Below are positions 8,472 through 17,973 of a stretch of DNA of 64,000 nt, one piece after another (position 1 is the first letter of the stretch; every line of letters begins with the position of its first letter). The stretch comes from Acidimicrobiia bacterium (GTDB lineage: Bacteria; Actinomycetota; Acidimicrobiia; Acidimicrobiales; Bin134). The stretch covers positions 152,731 through 216,730 of the forward strand of contig JAJDYE010000016.1 of assembly GCA_022822905.1 (NCBI GenBank), given 5' to 3'. The notes below the pieces were generated by a model. That model ran no database searches and was not told the DNA's origin. It saw only the letters and a list, made by a program, of their open reading frames with translations. The translations under genes and the position numbers were made by a program.

Positions 8472-9923
8472 CTAGCCGCGGCGGGAATTGAGGAGCTGGG
8501 TGACGGCCTTTCCGTCGGCTCGGCCCTGGGTGGCCTTCATCACCTGCCCGACGAAGAAGCCGGTCAGCTTGGCGTCGCCATCGCAAAAGCGGGACCACTC
8601 ATCAGCGTGCTCGGCAATGAGGCTGTCCACCAGGGACTCCAGCTCGTCGGTGTCCATGGCCTCGAATCCCAGGGTCTGGGCCGCGTCTTGAGGCGATCCC
8701 CCGCCCTCCACCAGCACAGCCAGCACTTTCTTGGCCTGGGTAGCGGTCAGCTCGCCCGCCTCCTCCATGCCAACCAGTTCGGCGAGCGCCTCGGGGGTCA
8801 GCTGGCCAGACCCATCGGCCAAGTTCTGCACGATGTGGGTCATCACCCGCTCTGCTGCCCCTCCCCCGCTGATGGCCGCCAACGCCAGCTCGTCCATCGA
8901 GCGCTCGACGGCCAGCGCAATGTTGTCGATGTCCACCGATGGGGCGGCCTCCGCCAAATTCATCCGGCGGTCCCGGGGCAAGGCAGGCAGCGCATGGCGA
9001 ATCTGCTCCACCCACTCGGTGCTGGGGTTGAGCGGCAGCAGATCGGGCTCGGGGAAATAGCGGTAGTCGTAGTCCTCCTCCTTGGAGCGCAAAGCATGAG
9101 TGCGCCCGTCATCCTCGTTCCAGTGCCGGGTTTGCTGCTCTATGGCCTGCCCGCTGGTCAATTGGTCGATTTGGCGACGGGCCTCATACTCGATGGCCCG
9201 ACCCAAAGAGCGCAGCGAGTTCACGTTCTTGATCTCGCACCGGGTGCCCAGCCGGTCGCTTCCCACCGGCCTAACCGAAACATTGCAATCCACCCGCAGG
9301 GAACCCTCCTCCATCTTGCCGTCGGACGCCCCCACCGCCACCAGGATGGACCGCAATTCAGAAACGTATTGGCGGGCCTCCTCGGCTGAACGCAGTTCGG
9401 GATGGCCCACGATCTCGATGAGCGGCACCCCGGCCCGGTTGTAGTCCACCAGCGAGTACCCGGCCTCGTGGATGCGCCCTCCCCCGCCGATATGGACGGT
9501 CTTGCCGGTGTCCTCCTCCAGATGGGCCCGCTCGATGCCGACCCGCTTGCCCGAGGGCAGCTCCAGCCAGCCGTCCACGTTGATGGGCTGGTCGTATTGG
9601 CTGATCTGAAAGTCCTTGGGCATGTCGGGGTAGAAGTAGTTCTTGCGGGCGAACACCGATGGCTGAATCCGGCAGTTGAGAGCCAGGCCCACCCGAATGG
9701 CCAGCTCCACCGCTTTCTCGTTGAGCACGGGAAGCGAACCGGGCAAGCCGAGCGACACCGGGTCGATGTGGGTGTTGGGCTCGCCGCCGAACCGGTTGGG
9801 GCTGGCGCTGAACAGCTTGGTGGCAGTGGCCAACTCGGCGTGGACTTCCAGGCCCACCACTGTCTCCCACTCGGTGTCAGCCGGGGCACCGAGTCCGGGG
9901 ATGGTCTGGGCTTCGTCGCTCAT
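8472..9923 (-). CDS. gatB: Asp-tRNA(Asn)/Glu-tRNA(Gln) amidotransferase subunit B
   Basis: Conserved GatB N-terminus [10 protein letters not shown]...WETVVGLEVHAELAT. Start trimmed to the ATG at 9923, which forms an ATGA overlap with the gatA stop. The upstream 86 codons of the track ORF are Arg/Gly-rich read-through. Confidence 0.9.
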   Translation of the reverse strand: MSDEAQTIPGLGAPADTEWETVVGLEVHAELATATKLFSASPNRFGGEPNTHIDPVSLGLPGSLPVLNEKAVELAIRVGLALNCRIQPSVFARKNYFYPDMPKDFQISQYDQPINVDGWLELPSGKRVGIERAHLEEDTGKTVHIGGGGRIHEAGYSLVDYNRAGVPLIEIVGHPELRSAEEARQYVSELRSILVAVGASDGKMEEGSLRVDCNVSVRPVGSDRLGTRCEIKNVNSLRSLGRAIEYEARRQIDQLTSGQAIEQQTRHWNEDDGRTHALRSKEEDYDYRYFPEPDLLPLNPSTEWVEQIRHALPALPRDRRMNLAEAAPSVDIDNIALAVERSMDELALAAISGGGAAERVMTHIVQNLADGSGQLTPEALAELVGMEEAGELTATQAKKVLAVLVEGGGSPQDAAQTLGFEAMDTDELESLVDSLIAEHADEWSRFCDGDAKLTGFFVGQVMKATQGRADGKAVTQLLNSRRG

Positions 9924-11338
9924 CACAAACTCGCTTCCAGCACCGCGGCGGCCCGGAACATGACCGGTTCGCCCAGAGCGGGGGCCATGATCTGCACGCC
10001 CACCGGCAGGCCGTCGTCTCCGACGCCGTAGGGCACCGACATGGCGGCCTGTCCGGTGAGGTTCACCGGCACGGTACACACGTCGCTCATGTACATGGCC
10101 ATGGGGTCGGCGGTGCGCTCTCCCAGCGGGAACGCGGTGGTGGGCGACGTGGGACTCACCAGCAGGTCGAACCGCTCCCACACGGAGGCGAAGTCATTGA
10201 TGATGAGCGTGCGCACCTTTTGGGCCTTGCCGTAGTAGGCGTCGTAGTACCCGGCCGACAGGGCGTAGGTGCCGATCATGATGCGGCGCTTGACCTCATC
10301 GCCGAAGCCAGCCGAGCGGGTGGCGGTGTTCATGTCGGGAGTGCTGGGCCCGTCCACCCGCAACCCGTAGCGGACGCCGTCGTAGCGGGCCAGGTTGCTG
10401 GACGCCTCGGCCGGTGCGATCAGGTAGTAGGCCGATAGTCCGTAGACCGCAGCCGGCGCGCTGGCCTCGGCGACGCTGGCCCCGGCCGATTCCAGCGCTC
10501 TCACCGCAGCCTGCAATTGTGCGGCCACATCGGGGGCGATGCCGTTGCCGCTCAACTCAGTCAGCACTCCCACCCTGAGCCCATCAATCCCGTCGGCCAG
10601 CGTGTGCGACACCGGGGGCTGGGGTTCGCTGATGCTGGTGGAGTCGCGGGCATCGGGGCCGCTGATCACGTCCAATACGGCCGCCGCATCGGCCACCGTG
10701 GTGGTGAATGGACCGATCTGGTCCAGCGACGATGCGAACGCCACCAGGCCGTAGCGGGACACCAGGCCGTAGGTGGGCTTGACTCCGACCACCCCGCACA
10801 GCGCGGCGGGCTGGCGGATTGACCCTCCGGTGTCGCTGCCCAGCGCCACCGGGGCGAACCCGGCGGCCACCGCAGCGGCGCTGCCCCCCGATGAGCCCCC
10901 CGGCACGCGGCTGGTGTCGCACGGGTTGCAGGTGGGGCCGAACGCCGAGTTCTCGGTGGAACTGCCCATGGCGAACTCGTCCATGTTGGTCTTGCCCACC
11001 ACCACGGCACCGGCATTGTGGAGCTGCTCCACCACGGAGGCGTCATAGGGCGGTGCCCAGTCCTCCAAGATGCGAGAGGAGCAGGTGGTGGCCAGCCCTC
11101 GGGTACACAGGTTGTCCTTGAGGGCGACGGGGACGCCGGCCAAGGGGCCGGGATCGCTGCCGGCGGCCACTGCGCCATCGATCTCGTCGGCGCGAGCCCG
11201 GGCCTGGTCTGCGGCCACCAGGTTGAAGGCATGGATGTCAGCGTCACCGCCGGCGATCACATCCAAGTGCTCATCGACCACTGAGCGAGCCGACCGCTGC
11301 CCTGATCGCACGGCGGCGGCAATCTCGACTGCGGTCAC
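9923..11338 (-). CDS. gatA: Asp-tRNA(Asn)/Glu-tRNA(Gln) amidotransferase subunit A
   Basis: 471 aa with the amidase signature [14 protein letters not shown]...[13 protein letters not shown]. It sits between gatC and gatB. Confidence 0.9.
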   Translation of the reverse strand: MTAVEIAAAVRSGQRSARSVVDEHLDVIAGGDADIHAFNLVAADQARARADEIDGAVAAGSDPGPLAGVPVALKDNLCTRGLATTCSSRILEDWAPPYDASVVEQLHNAGAVVVGKTNMDEFAMGSSTENSAFGPTCNPCDTSRVPGGSSGGSAAAVAAGFAPVALGSDTGGSIRQPAALCGVVGVKPTYGLVSRYGLVAFASSLDQIGPFTTTVADAAAVLDVISGPDARDSTSISEPQPPVSHTLADGIDGLRVGVLTELSGNGIAPDVAAQLQAAVRALESAGASVAEASAPAAVYGLSAYYLIAPAEASSNLARYDGVRYGLRVDGPSTPDMNTATRSAGFGDEVKRRIMIGTYALSAGYYDAYYGKAQKVRTLIINDFASVWERFDLLVSPTSPTTAFPLGERTADPMAMYMSDVCTVPVNLTGQAAMSVPYGVGDDGLPVGVQIMAPALGEPVMFRAAAVLEASL

Positions 11339-11640
11339 GGTGCCTCCCCCAGAACCGGGGGAACCCGAAATTGGCCGTCCTCGGCAAACGGCGCCTGCGC
11401 CAGAACTTCATCGCGGTCCAGTACCTCGCCGGGAGTGTCGGGGCGAAGCAAGTTGGCGATGGGAAGGGCGTGCATCGTGGGGGGAAGGGCCTCCAAGTCC
11501 AGCGCCTCCACCTCTGCCACGTGGTCCAAGAGCTCGTCGAGCTGGCCGGTGAAACGGTCCAGCTCCTCGTCGGTCAGCTCCAAGCGGGCCAAAGCGGCCA
11601 CATGGGCGCATTCAGCCCGGGTGATGCGTTGCTGGCCCAT
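11335..11640 (-). CDS. gatC: Asp-tRNA(Asn)/Glu-tRNA(Gln) amidotransferase subunit C
   Basis: [41 protein letters not shown] is typical of GatC. ATG at 11640. There is a 4-nt overlap with gatA. Confidence 0.85.
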   Translation of the reverse strand: MGQQRITRAECAHVAALARLELTDEELDRFTGQLDELLDHVAEVEALDLEALPPTMHALPIANLLRPDTPGEVLDRDEVLAQAPFAEDGQFRVPPVLGEAP

Positions 11641-11712
11641 ACCGAAGCGAATGGTACCGCCCCAATTGCCGGTTTCCCGCGCCGGAGTCGCTCGGTGGCC
11701 TACGTTGCCGGG

Positions 11713-12144
11713 GTGGGGTCGCACCCATTTCTCAGCCCTGAGTGGATCGAAGCGGCCATGGCGCTGCGAGAAGAGCTGGCCTCAGCCGCGCCCGATCCCG
11801 TTCACATCGCCAGGGTCAATCTTGTGGTTACAGACACCCCCTTCGGCGATGGCCAGTTCCGGGCCTACATCGACACCGAGGCCGGAGGACCGCTACCGGT
11901 TTCGGGCCGCCTGAACGACCCCGACGCCACCGTGATCCTCGACTACCCCGCAGCCCTCGCCGCATTCGTGACCGACGACCCCGACATCGTGGCCCATGGC
12001 TTTCTGACCGGTGCCCTGCGGGTAGACGGCGACTTGGCCCTAGTCCTCATCCTGTTCGGAGAGGGCATGACCGATGAGCAGGCCGCTTTCGCCCGCCATG
12101 CCCAATCTCGGCTTCGGGCCCTCACCGCACTCGAATCAGCTTGA
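11713..12144 (+). CDS. SCP2 sterol-binding domain protein
   Basis: FLSPEWIEAAMALREELASAAPDP...LTGALRVDGDLALVLIL is SCP2-like. The GTG at 11713 was chosen because the upstream part of the track ORF is antisense to gatC. The start is uncertain. Confidence 0.5.
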   Translation: MGSHPFLSPEWIEAAMALREELASAAPDPVHIARVNLVVTDTPFGDGQFRAYIDTEAGGPLPVSGRLNDPDATVILDYPAALAAFVTDDPDIVAHGFLTGALRVDGDLALVLILFGEGMTDEQAAFARHAQSRLRALTALESA

Positions 12145-12155
12145 GCCCGACTCTC

Positions 12156-14120
12156 TCAGCCCTCTTGCGGGCTCTGCTCCGCTCCCTCTTCAGGTCTGGT
12201 GATCACGCTCACGCACGTCCCAAAGTCCACAACGGTGTCGGCGAGCGGGTTGGACGCCAGGATCTCAGAATCCAGTGGGCCGTCCACCTCGCCCAGGCAG
12301 AGGCCGGCTTGCTCAAGAACGTTCGAAGCCTCTCCCACTCCCAGGGTGGCAAGGAACGGCACCCGCACCTTCTCAGGCCCGTCGGAGACCACCACCGTGA
12401 TCACCGAGTCGGCCGCCACCTCGGTTCCCGGCAACGGCTCCACCCTCACCACCCGGCCTGCTGCTACCACATTGTCGGGCACCTGCCACTCGAGCACGCC
12501 CAAGCCGAGAGCCTCCAGCCGCTCACGAGCCACGACAAGCGATGAACCGGTAGTGATGTCGGGCACCACGCGGGGCGCTGGCCCGAGCGAGACCACCAAA
12601 TCCACGCTGCTGCCCGGCTCGACCTCGGAGAACAGCTCGTCTACTTCGATTACCACTCCCTCTATCGCAGTCTCGTCAAAGCGCTCGTTGACATCCCCCA
12701 CCGACAAGCCCACTGCGGCCAGCGATACTGCGGCGTCTTCCACCGCAAGGCCGGCGAGGTTGCCGGGAATCACAACCAGCTCAGGGCCCAAGGACACCCA
12801 CACTGTGACGGTCTCTCCCCGTTCGAGACCAGTTCCCGCCAGCGGCGCCTGGCCGAGTATCTGACCGGCCACGGTGCCGTCTTGGCGCCGTTCGAGGCGT
12901 TCGAGCACCCAGCCGGATTCGCCCAGGATGCGGGACAGGTGGGCCTCGTCTACCTCGGCCAGGTCGGGCACCGGCTGAGGATCGGTGCCGAACTGGCTGT
13001 CCCAAAGGGCGTAGGCCCCGAATCCCGCAGCCCCCAGCACCACGAGCGCCACCACCGCCGCCAGCAGCCTTCGGAGTGCCGATCGGCCTTCCCGGGATGT
13101 CGAACCGCCTTCCCGGGGTGCGGAACGGTTCTTGCGATATGGCATACGGCCTTTCGCCTTTGGGGCAGCCTCCCCTGAGTGCCTGTCGGGTGCCGCCGCG
13201 GCCGCGGACTCACCGGTGTCGGGGATCTCCGGCCCCGGCTTGATCAGAGGAAGCGGGGCGGGGCGGGGCAGTGTCTCGGCCGCAGCCAGCAGCCCATGGC
13301 CCAGTTCGCGAGCAGAGGGACGGTCGTCCCGCTCCGGTCGTCCCGCCTGCTCCAACACCCGACCCAGGCGGGAGAATTGGCCGGCCAGGTCGAGCTGTCG
13401 GCTCATCTTGGCCATCTGGGTGTACTCAGGGTCGTCAGACTCGAATGGCACCCGGCCCGACAGCGCCTCGGTGAGCACCAAAACCAGGGAATAGACGTCG
13501 CTCTTGTGGTCGGGGGTCAGGCCCTGGGCTTGCTCCGGGGAGGCGTAGCGCACCGCGTCGATGGCTGAAAATACCGACCTCGCCATCAGTGCTCCCCCGG
13601 TCTCCGACGAAGTCAAGGCCCATGATGTGCCCAGATCAGCCAGCCGAGCTCGGCCGCGACGCGAGAACAAGATGTTGGAGGGCCGGATGTCGCCGTGGAT
13701 GATCCCCTGGTCGTGGATGTGCTCCAACCCTCGAGACGCGTCAAGGCCGACCATGAGCACCTGCGATGGAGACAGCATGTGCCCGGCATCCATCATCCCC
13801 AGCAGACTCCCGCCCTCCATGTAGTCGCTCACCACGTAGAGACCGAGGTCGGAGTCTCCCCAATTGTGAGCGGCCACCACATGGGGATGGCTTACTGCGG
13901 CGGCTTCCTCGGCGGCCTCCAGGAAACGGCCGACAAAGGCCCCTTCCCCAATCCATCCGTCGGGCAGGACATCCTCGGAGAGCAGTTTGACCGCTACTCG
14001 ACGCGACTGGGACAGGTCGTAGGCGAGGTACACGTTGGTGAACCGCCCGGTGCCAATGTGGGTTACGAGCCGATAACGCCCGCCCAGAACTCGGCCGATC
14101 TCGCCGCGGTCATTGGCCAC
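12156..14120 (-). CDS. Ser/Thr protein kinase with transmembrane segment and C-terminal PASTA repeats (PknB-like)
   Basis: The kinase core reads GGRYRLVTHIGTGRFTNVYLAYD...AVKLL...HGDIRPSNILF...DLGTS. The TM segment is LLAAVVALVVLGAAGFGAYAL, followed by about four PASTA-like repeats. The GTG at 14120 was chosen because the upstream part of the track ORF overlaps a divergent gene. Confidence 0.8.
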   Translation of the reverse strand: MANDRGEIGRVLGGRYRLVTHIGTGRFTNVYLAYDLSQSRRVAVKLLSEDVLPDGWIGEGAFVGRFLEAAEEAAAVSHPHVVAAHNWGDSDLGLYVVSDYMEGGSLLGMMDAGHMLSPSQVLMVGLDASRGLEHIHDQGIIHGDIRPSNILFSRRGRARLADLGTSWALTSSETGGALMARSVFSAIDAVRYASPEQAQGLTPDHKSDVYSLVLVLTEALSGRVPFESDDPEYTQMAKMSRQLDLAGQFSRLGRVLEQAGRPERDDRPSARELGHGLLAAAETLPRPAPLPLIKPGPEIPDTGESAAAAAPDRHSGEAAPKAKGRMPYRKNRSAPREGGSTSREGRSALRRLLAAVVALVVLGAAGFGAYALWDSQFGTDPQPVPDLAEVDEAHLSRILGESGWVLERLERRQDGTVAGQILGQAPLAGTGLERGETVTVWVSLGPELVVIPGNLAGLAVEDAAVSLAAVGLSVGDVNERFDETAIEGVVIEVDELFSEVEPGSSVDLVVSLGPAPRVVPDITTGSSLVVARERLEALGLGVLEWQVPDNVVAAGRVVRVEPLPGTEVAADSVITVVVSDGPEKVRVPFLATLGVGEASNVLEQAGLCLGEVDGPLDSEILASNPLADTVVDFGTCVSVITRPEEGAEQSPQEG

Positions 14121-14201
14121 GCATTGAGGGTACTTGCCTAGCGATTCAGATCTGCGCCACTCAGGGTGTCTCCGGCCTTGGCCAGCGGGCACACTGGGTA
14201 G

Positions 14202-14621
14202 GTGCTGGAGTCGGTTGTTCTGCGCCGGGTGCTGTTGGGCCTCGCCGCCCTGGCGGGGGCCGTGGCCATCGTGCTGGCCCTGCTGCTGGCCGACACCGAC
14301 AACAACGACGTGACCGTTACCGGCAACGCCGCGGTAGACGAGCTCATACCCCCTCGCAGCGCTGAGGTCCTCGCCCAAGAAACCGTCGGCATCGACCTCG
14401 CCCCTGGCTACGACGCCCGGCTGACCATCAACGGAGTGGACATCCCCCCCGACCAATTACGCCACCTGCCCAACCTCAACCGCTTCACCTTCCGTCCTGA
14501 TCAGGGCAAGGTGATCGAGCGACTCCAAGCCGAGCAGAACTGCGCCCTAGTGACCTACTGGCGCCAAGAAGTGCGACCCGCAGAGGCCGACACCATCTCC
14601 TGGTGCTTTACTGCGTCCTAA
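14202..14621 (+). CDS. Hypothetical membrane-anchored protein
   Basis: 139 aa with an N-terminal hydrophobic helix (VLLGLAALAGAVAIVLALLLA). Coding-like composition. No recognisable motif. Confidence 0.4.
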   Translation: MLESVVLRRVLLGLAALAGAVAIVLALLLADTDNNDVTVTGNAAVDELIPPRSAEVLAQETVGIDLAPGYDARLTINGVDIPPDQLRHLPNLNRFTFRPDQGKVIERLQAEQNCALVTYWRQEVRPAEADTISWCFTAS

Positions 14622-15145
14622 TCGACTCGGCCTTCTCCCTGCATCTGCCCATCGAGGGAGCGAAGTGACGCCTCCAGCCGGCGTAAATAGCCGGCGAAAT
14701 CCTCCGACTCTCCGTCGTGCAACCACTCCAGCCGGGTGCGCCCGCGATCTAGGTGCTCGCCCATGAGCTGATCGATCAACTCTCTGCCTTCCGGGCTGAG
14801 TTGGGCCATCATGACCCGGCGATCATCAGGATCAGGCACCCGACGGACCAGATTCAGATTCTCGAGTTGGTCCACTCGCCCGGTCATGCCCCCGGAAGTG
14901 AGCATGGTCATGGCCGCCAGCTCACTCGGCTTGGCTTGAAACGGCTCGCCGTTCCGCCGCAATGCCGCCAACACGTCGAACAACCCCAAAGTGAGGCCAT
15001 GGGGACGGAGGAACTCCGCCATGGACTGTTCGAACAAACGGTCGATGCGAGAGATCCGCCCGAAGATCCCGATAGGCGACGCATCCAGATCAGGGCGTTC
15101 GCCAGCCCACTGCTTCAAAATCGAGTCAACTCGGTCGTAGGTCAC
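14618..15145 (-). CDS. MarR family transcriptional regulator
   Basis: 175 aa. LGLFDVLAALRRNGEPFQAKPSELAAMTMLTSGGMTGRVDQLENLNLVRRVPDPDDRR is a winged-HTH MarR pattern. It is the last gene of the long minus-strand operon and has a 4-nt overlap with the upstream gene. Confidence 0.8.
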   Translation of the reverse strand: MTYDRVDSILKQWAGERPDLDASPIGIFGRISRIDRLFEQSMAEFLRPHGLTLGLFDVLAALRRNGEPFQAKPSELAAMTMLTSGGMTGRVDQLENLNLVRRVPDPDDRRVMMAQLSPEGRELIDQLMGEHLDRGRTRLEWLHDGESEDFAGYLRRLEASLRSLDGQMQGEGRVD

Positions 15146-16383
15146 GACATCTCCTCCAGCACAGTTCCAATCGTTTCGACCACTCGGTCCGCCTCTGCGG
15201 CTGTGAACGTGAATGGCGGGTAGATGCCCAGGTGGTCGGCTTGAGCCCGCACCAGCACCCCGGCCGATTGAATGCGCCGCTGGGCGTCGGCCACCAGGGG
15301 CTCCGGGCTGTCGCCCGACAGCTCAACGGCGGCCAGCATCCCCTCGCCCCTAGCCTCAGCCACCGCGGGCAAGGCGCCCAGCGTGGCGACTCGCTTTTGA
15401 AGGTATTTTCCAGTCTGGCAACTGTGGTCGACCAGGCCTTCCCGCTCGAGAATCTCGATTACCTTCAGCCCCGCGATACAGGCCGCGGGGTGCCCGCTGT
15501 ACGTGTAGCCGTGCATCAGCTCGATGGCCCCCCCGGGGTCGACGAACGCCTCGTGAATATGGCTGCCAGCGATGGCCGCCCCCATCGGGATATAGGCAGA
15601 CGTGAGGCCCTTGGCCACGGTCATGATGTCGGGAACCACCCCATAGCGGTGACCGCCGAACCAGTGGCCCAGGCGTCCGAATCCGCACACCACCTCGTCC
15701 AGCACCAGCAGCACATCGAAGCGGTTGCACACCTCCCTGACCTGGGACAGGTAATCCTCCGGGGGCGGGTAGACACCGCCGGCCGCTTGCACCGGCTCCA
15801 TGATCACGGCGGCGACAGTGCTGGGGTCGCGGTAGGCCAGCTCTTGCTCCAAAGCGTTGATGTCATGAGCTGGTACCTGGGTGCATCCTTCCAGCAGCGG
15901 ACCGAATCCCGACCGGTTCTCGGTGAGGCCGCCCACCGAGATTCCGCCCAGGTTCATGCCGTGATACCCGCGGTGCAGCGACACGAAACCGGTCTTGGAG
16001 GCCTGACCGACCCGGCGCCAGTAGCCTCGGGCGATCTTGAGGGCGGTCTCCACCGCCTCAGAGCCAGAGTTTGTGAAAAAGACGTGGTTCAGATCGCCGG
16101 GGGTTCGGGCGGACACCGCTTCTGCCAGCTCTTCAGCCCGAGGATGGCTGTAACCGAACAGGCAGTGGTATTCGAGGGTGCGGAGCTGGTCGGCCACCGC
16201 GTCGGCGATCTCGGTTCGGCCATGGCCCAGGATCACGCAGGCCACCCCGCCGGCCGTAGCGTCGAGCAGTCGGGCGCCGTCTTCGGTCTCCACATAGTTC
16301 CCGTCTCCGGCCACCACCACCGCCGGTTTGCCGCCACCAGCTGAGGTGAACGGCATCCACAATGGTCCGGTCGCGCTGCTCAC
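15142..16383 (-). CDS. Class III (omega) aminotransferase, PLP-dependent
   Basis: 413 aa with FTNSGSEAVETALKIARGYW, DEVVCGFGRLG and PDIMTVAKGLTSAYIPMG (Schiff-base Lys). Confidence 0.8.
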   Translation of the reverse strand: MSSATGPLWMPFTSAGGGKPAVVVAGDGNYVETEDGARLLDATAGGVACVILGHGRTEIADAVADQLRTLEYHCLFGYSHPRAEELAEAVSARTPGDLNHVFFTNSGSEAVETALKIARGYWRRVGQASKTGFVSLHRGYHGMNLGGISVGGLTENRSGFGPLLEGCTQVPAHDINALEQELAYRDPSTVAAVIMEPVQAAGGVYPPPEDYLSQVREVCNRFDVLLVLDEVVCGFGRLGHWFGGHRYGVVPDIMTVAKGLTSAYIPMGAAIAGSHIHEAFVDPGGAIELMHGYTYSGHPAACIAGLKVIEILEREGLVDHSCQTGKYLQKRVATLGALPAVAEARGEGMLAAVELSGDSPEPLVADAQRRIQSAGVLVRAQADHLGIYPPFTFTAAEADRVVETIGTVLEEMS

Positions 16384-17156
16384 GGCCCGCTCCGAGCATC
16401 CCGCCAGGCCAAGAAAGACCCCATCTCTTCGATCCGATAGTCAGGGCCTGACCGCACCAAGATGAGGTGCTCGGCCCCTGCGGCCGCGTAGTCATCATAA
16501 GTGGCATCACTGGCGGTCTCGAACAATGCCACCGTCCGCTCCACTTGGGACGGATCGCGTTCGGCCCGCTCGCACCAGCTGTCCAGCACCCCGTTGAGGT
16601 GGGCGATCTCATCAGGCGTGCCCCAACCGTTCCAGGCATCGGCCAATCGAGCGCACACGTCCAAGGTCATCCGCTCCCCCAACCCGCCGATCAGAATGGG
16701 AAGCGGGCCCACCGGGCCAGGCCGGAGCTGGGCCAGCCGATGGCGGACGCGGTGGATGGCCACCTCCATCTCCCGGATTCGATCGGCGTCTCGGGACATG
16801 GCGAAGCCGTAAGACTGGTAGTCGCGCTCCAACCATCCCGAACCCAGGCCGAGCACCAACCGGCCCCCGGATGCGTGGTCCACCGTGCGGGCCATGTCGG
16901 CCAGCAGATCGGGATTGCGGAATCCGGTGCAGGTGACCAGCGGGCCGATCTGAGCCCTCTTGGTGACCGACGCCATGGCGGCCAGCGTGGACCAACACTC
17001 AAAGGCGGTGCCCTCGGGATCGCCGTCGATGGGGAAGAAGTGGTCGAATGTCCAGATGCTGTCGGCACCGGCCTCGTCGGCGTATCGCCAAGCAGCTGCC
17101 ATCTCGTCCCAGCTCACATGATTGGGGCGGATCTGCACTCCCACCTTCGGCGCCAT
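16380..17156 (-). CDS. LLM-class (luciferase-like) flavin/F420-dependent oxidoreductase
   Basis: MAPKVGVQIRPNHVSWDEMAAAWRYADEAGADSIWTFDHFFP... is a typical LLM N-terminus. Start trimmed to the ATG at 17156, just downstream of the upstream stop. Confidence 0.7.
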   Translation of the reverse strand: MAPKVGVQIRPNHVSWDEMAAAWRYADEAGADSIWTFDHFFPIDGDPEGTAFECWSTLAAMASVTKRAQIGPLVTCTGFRNPDLLADMARTVDHASGGRLVLGLGSGWLERDYQSYGFAMSRDADRIREMEVAIHRVRHRLAQLRPGPVGPLPILIGGLGERMTLDVCARLADAWNGWGTPDEIAHLNGVLDSWCERAERDPSQVERTVALFETASDATYDDYAAAGAEHLILVRSGPDYRIEEMGSFLAWRDARSGP

Positions 17157-17157
17157 C

Positions 17158-17973
17158 TCACGCCCCTTCATGGGACGCGGCCAAACCGGTGATGAGTGAC
17201 ACCAACTTCTGGGCGTCGGTGCTGTGGGCATCCAGCAGCTCGATGAGCTGCCCCCGGCGCATGACCGCTATCCGGTCGGCAAGCCGGAACACCTGGTCGA
17301 GGTTGTGGCTCACCACCACGATGGTCAGATTGCGCTCTCGCAGCGTTGTGATGAGGTCTTCCACCCGTGCGGTCTCGGCGATGCCGAGCGCGGCGGTGGG
17401 CTCGTCCATGACGATCACCTCGTTGCCCCAGTTCATGGCCCGGGCGATGGCCACGCCCTGGCGCTGGCCTCCGGAGAAGTGCTGGACCGGGATGCGGACC
17501 GAGGGGATCTTGATGTTGAGCCGACGGATGATCTGCTCGGTGTCGCGGCGCATGGCCCGGCGCCGCAGGAAGGTGAGCGGCCCCCAGCCCACCTTGAGCT
17601 CCCGCCCCATGAACAGGTTCTGGGCTGCATCGAGGTTGTCGGCCAGGGCCAGGTCTTGGTACACGGTTTCGATGCCGGCCGTGCGGGCGTCCAGCGGCGA
17701 CCGGAAACGACGGACCTCGCCGTGCAGCACCACCTGTCCCGCGTCGGGCTGCTCCGCTCCGGAGATCACCTTCAACAGGGTGCTCTTGCCAGCCCCGTTG
17801 TCGCCCACAATGGCGGTGAGCGTGCCGGTGGGGAAATCCAGCGAAACGTCCCGAAGCGCGACCACCCCGCCGTAGCGCTTGTGGATCCCCGACACGCTCA
17901 GCGCGACGTCCGACGACGGGGAGCCCTCAGGGCGGGGGGCGTCGACGACTGATCCAGGTTGGCTTGCGGTCAT
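17158..17973 (-). CDS. ABC transporter ATP-binding protein (single-NBD sugar/ribose-type)
   Basis: Walker A is GDNGAGKST. The signature is FSGGQRQGVAIARAM. Walker B is VIVMDEPTAAL. ATGA overlap with the upstream gene. Confidence 0.85.
   Translation of the reverse strand: MTASQPGSVVDAPRPEGSPSSDVALSVSGIHKRYGGVVALRDVSLDFPTGTLTAIVGDNGAGKSTLLKVISGAEQPDAGQVVLHGEVRRFRSPLDARTAGIETVYQDLALADNLDAAQNLFMGRELKVGWGPLTFLRRRAMRRDTEQIIRRLNIKIPSVRIPVQHFSGGQRQGVAIARAMNWGNEVIVMDEPTAALGIAETARVEDLITTLRERNLTIVVVSHNLDQVFRLADRIAVMRRGQLIELLDAHSTDAQKLVSLITGLAASHEGA

Noticed and set aside
9924-10181. N-terminal extensions of track ORFs. Examples are the gatB 86-codon extension, and likewise aldolase 21005-21277, ALDH 22483-22800, ADH 23568-23720, kinase 14121-14456 and mnmA 54937-54990.
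   Set aside because: The extensions are Arg/Gly/His-rich and overlap the upstream gene. Internal ATG/GTG codons give canonical family N-termini and 4-nt ATGA/GTGA couplings, so the starts were trimmed.
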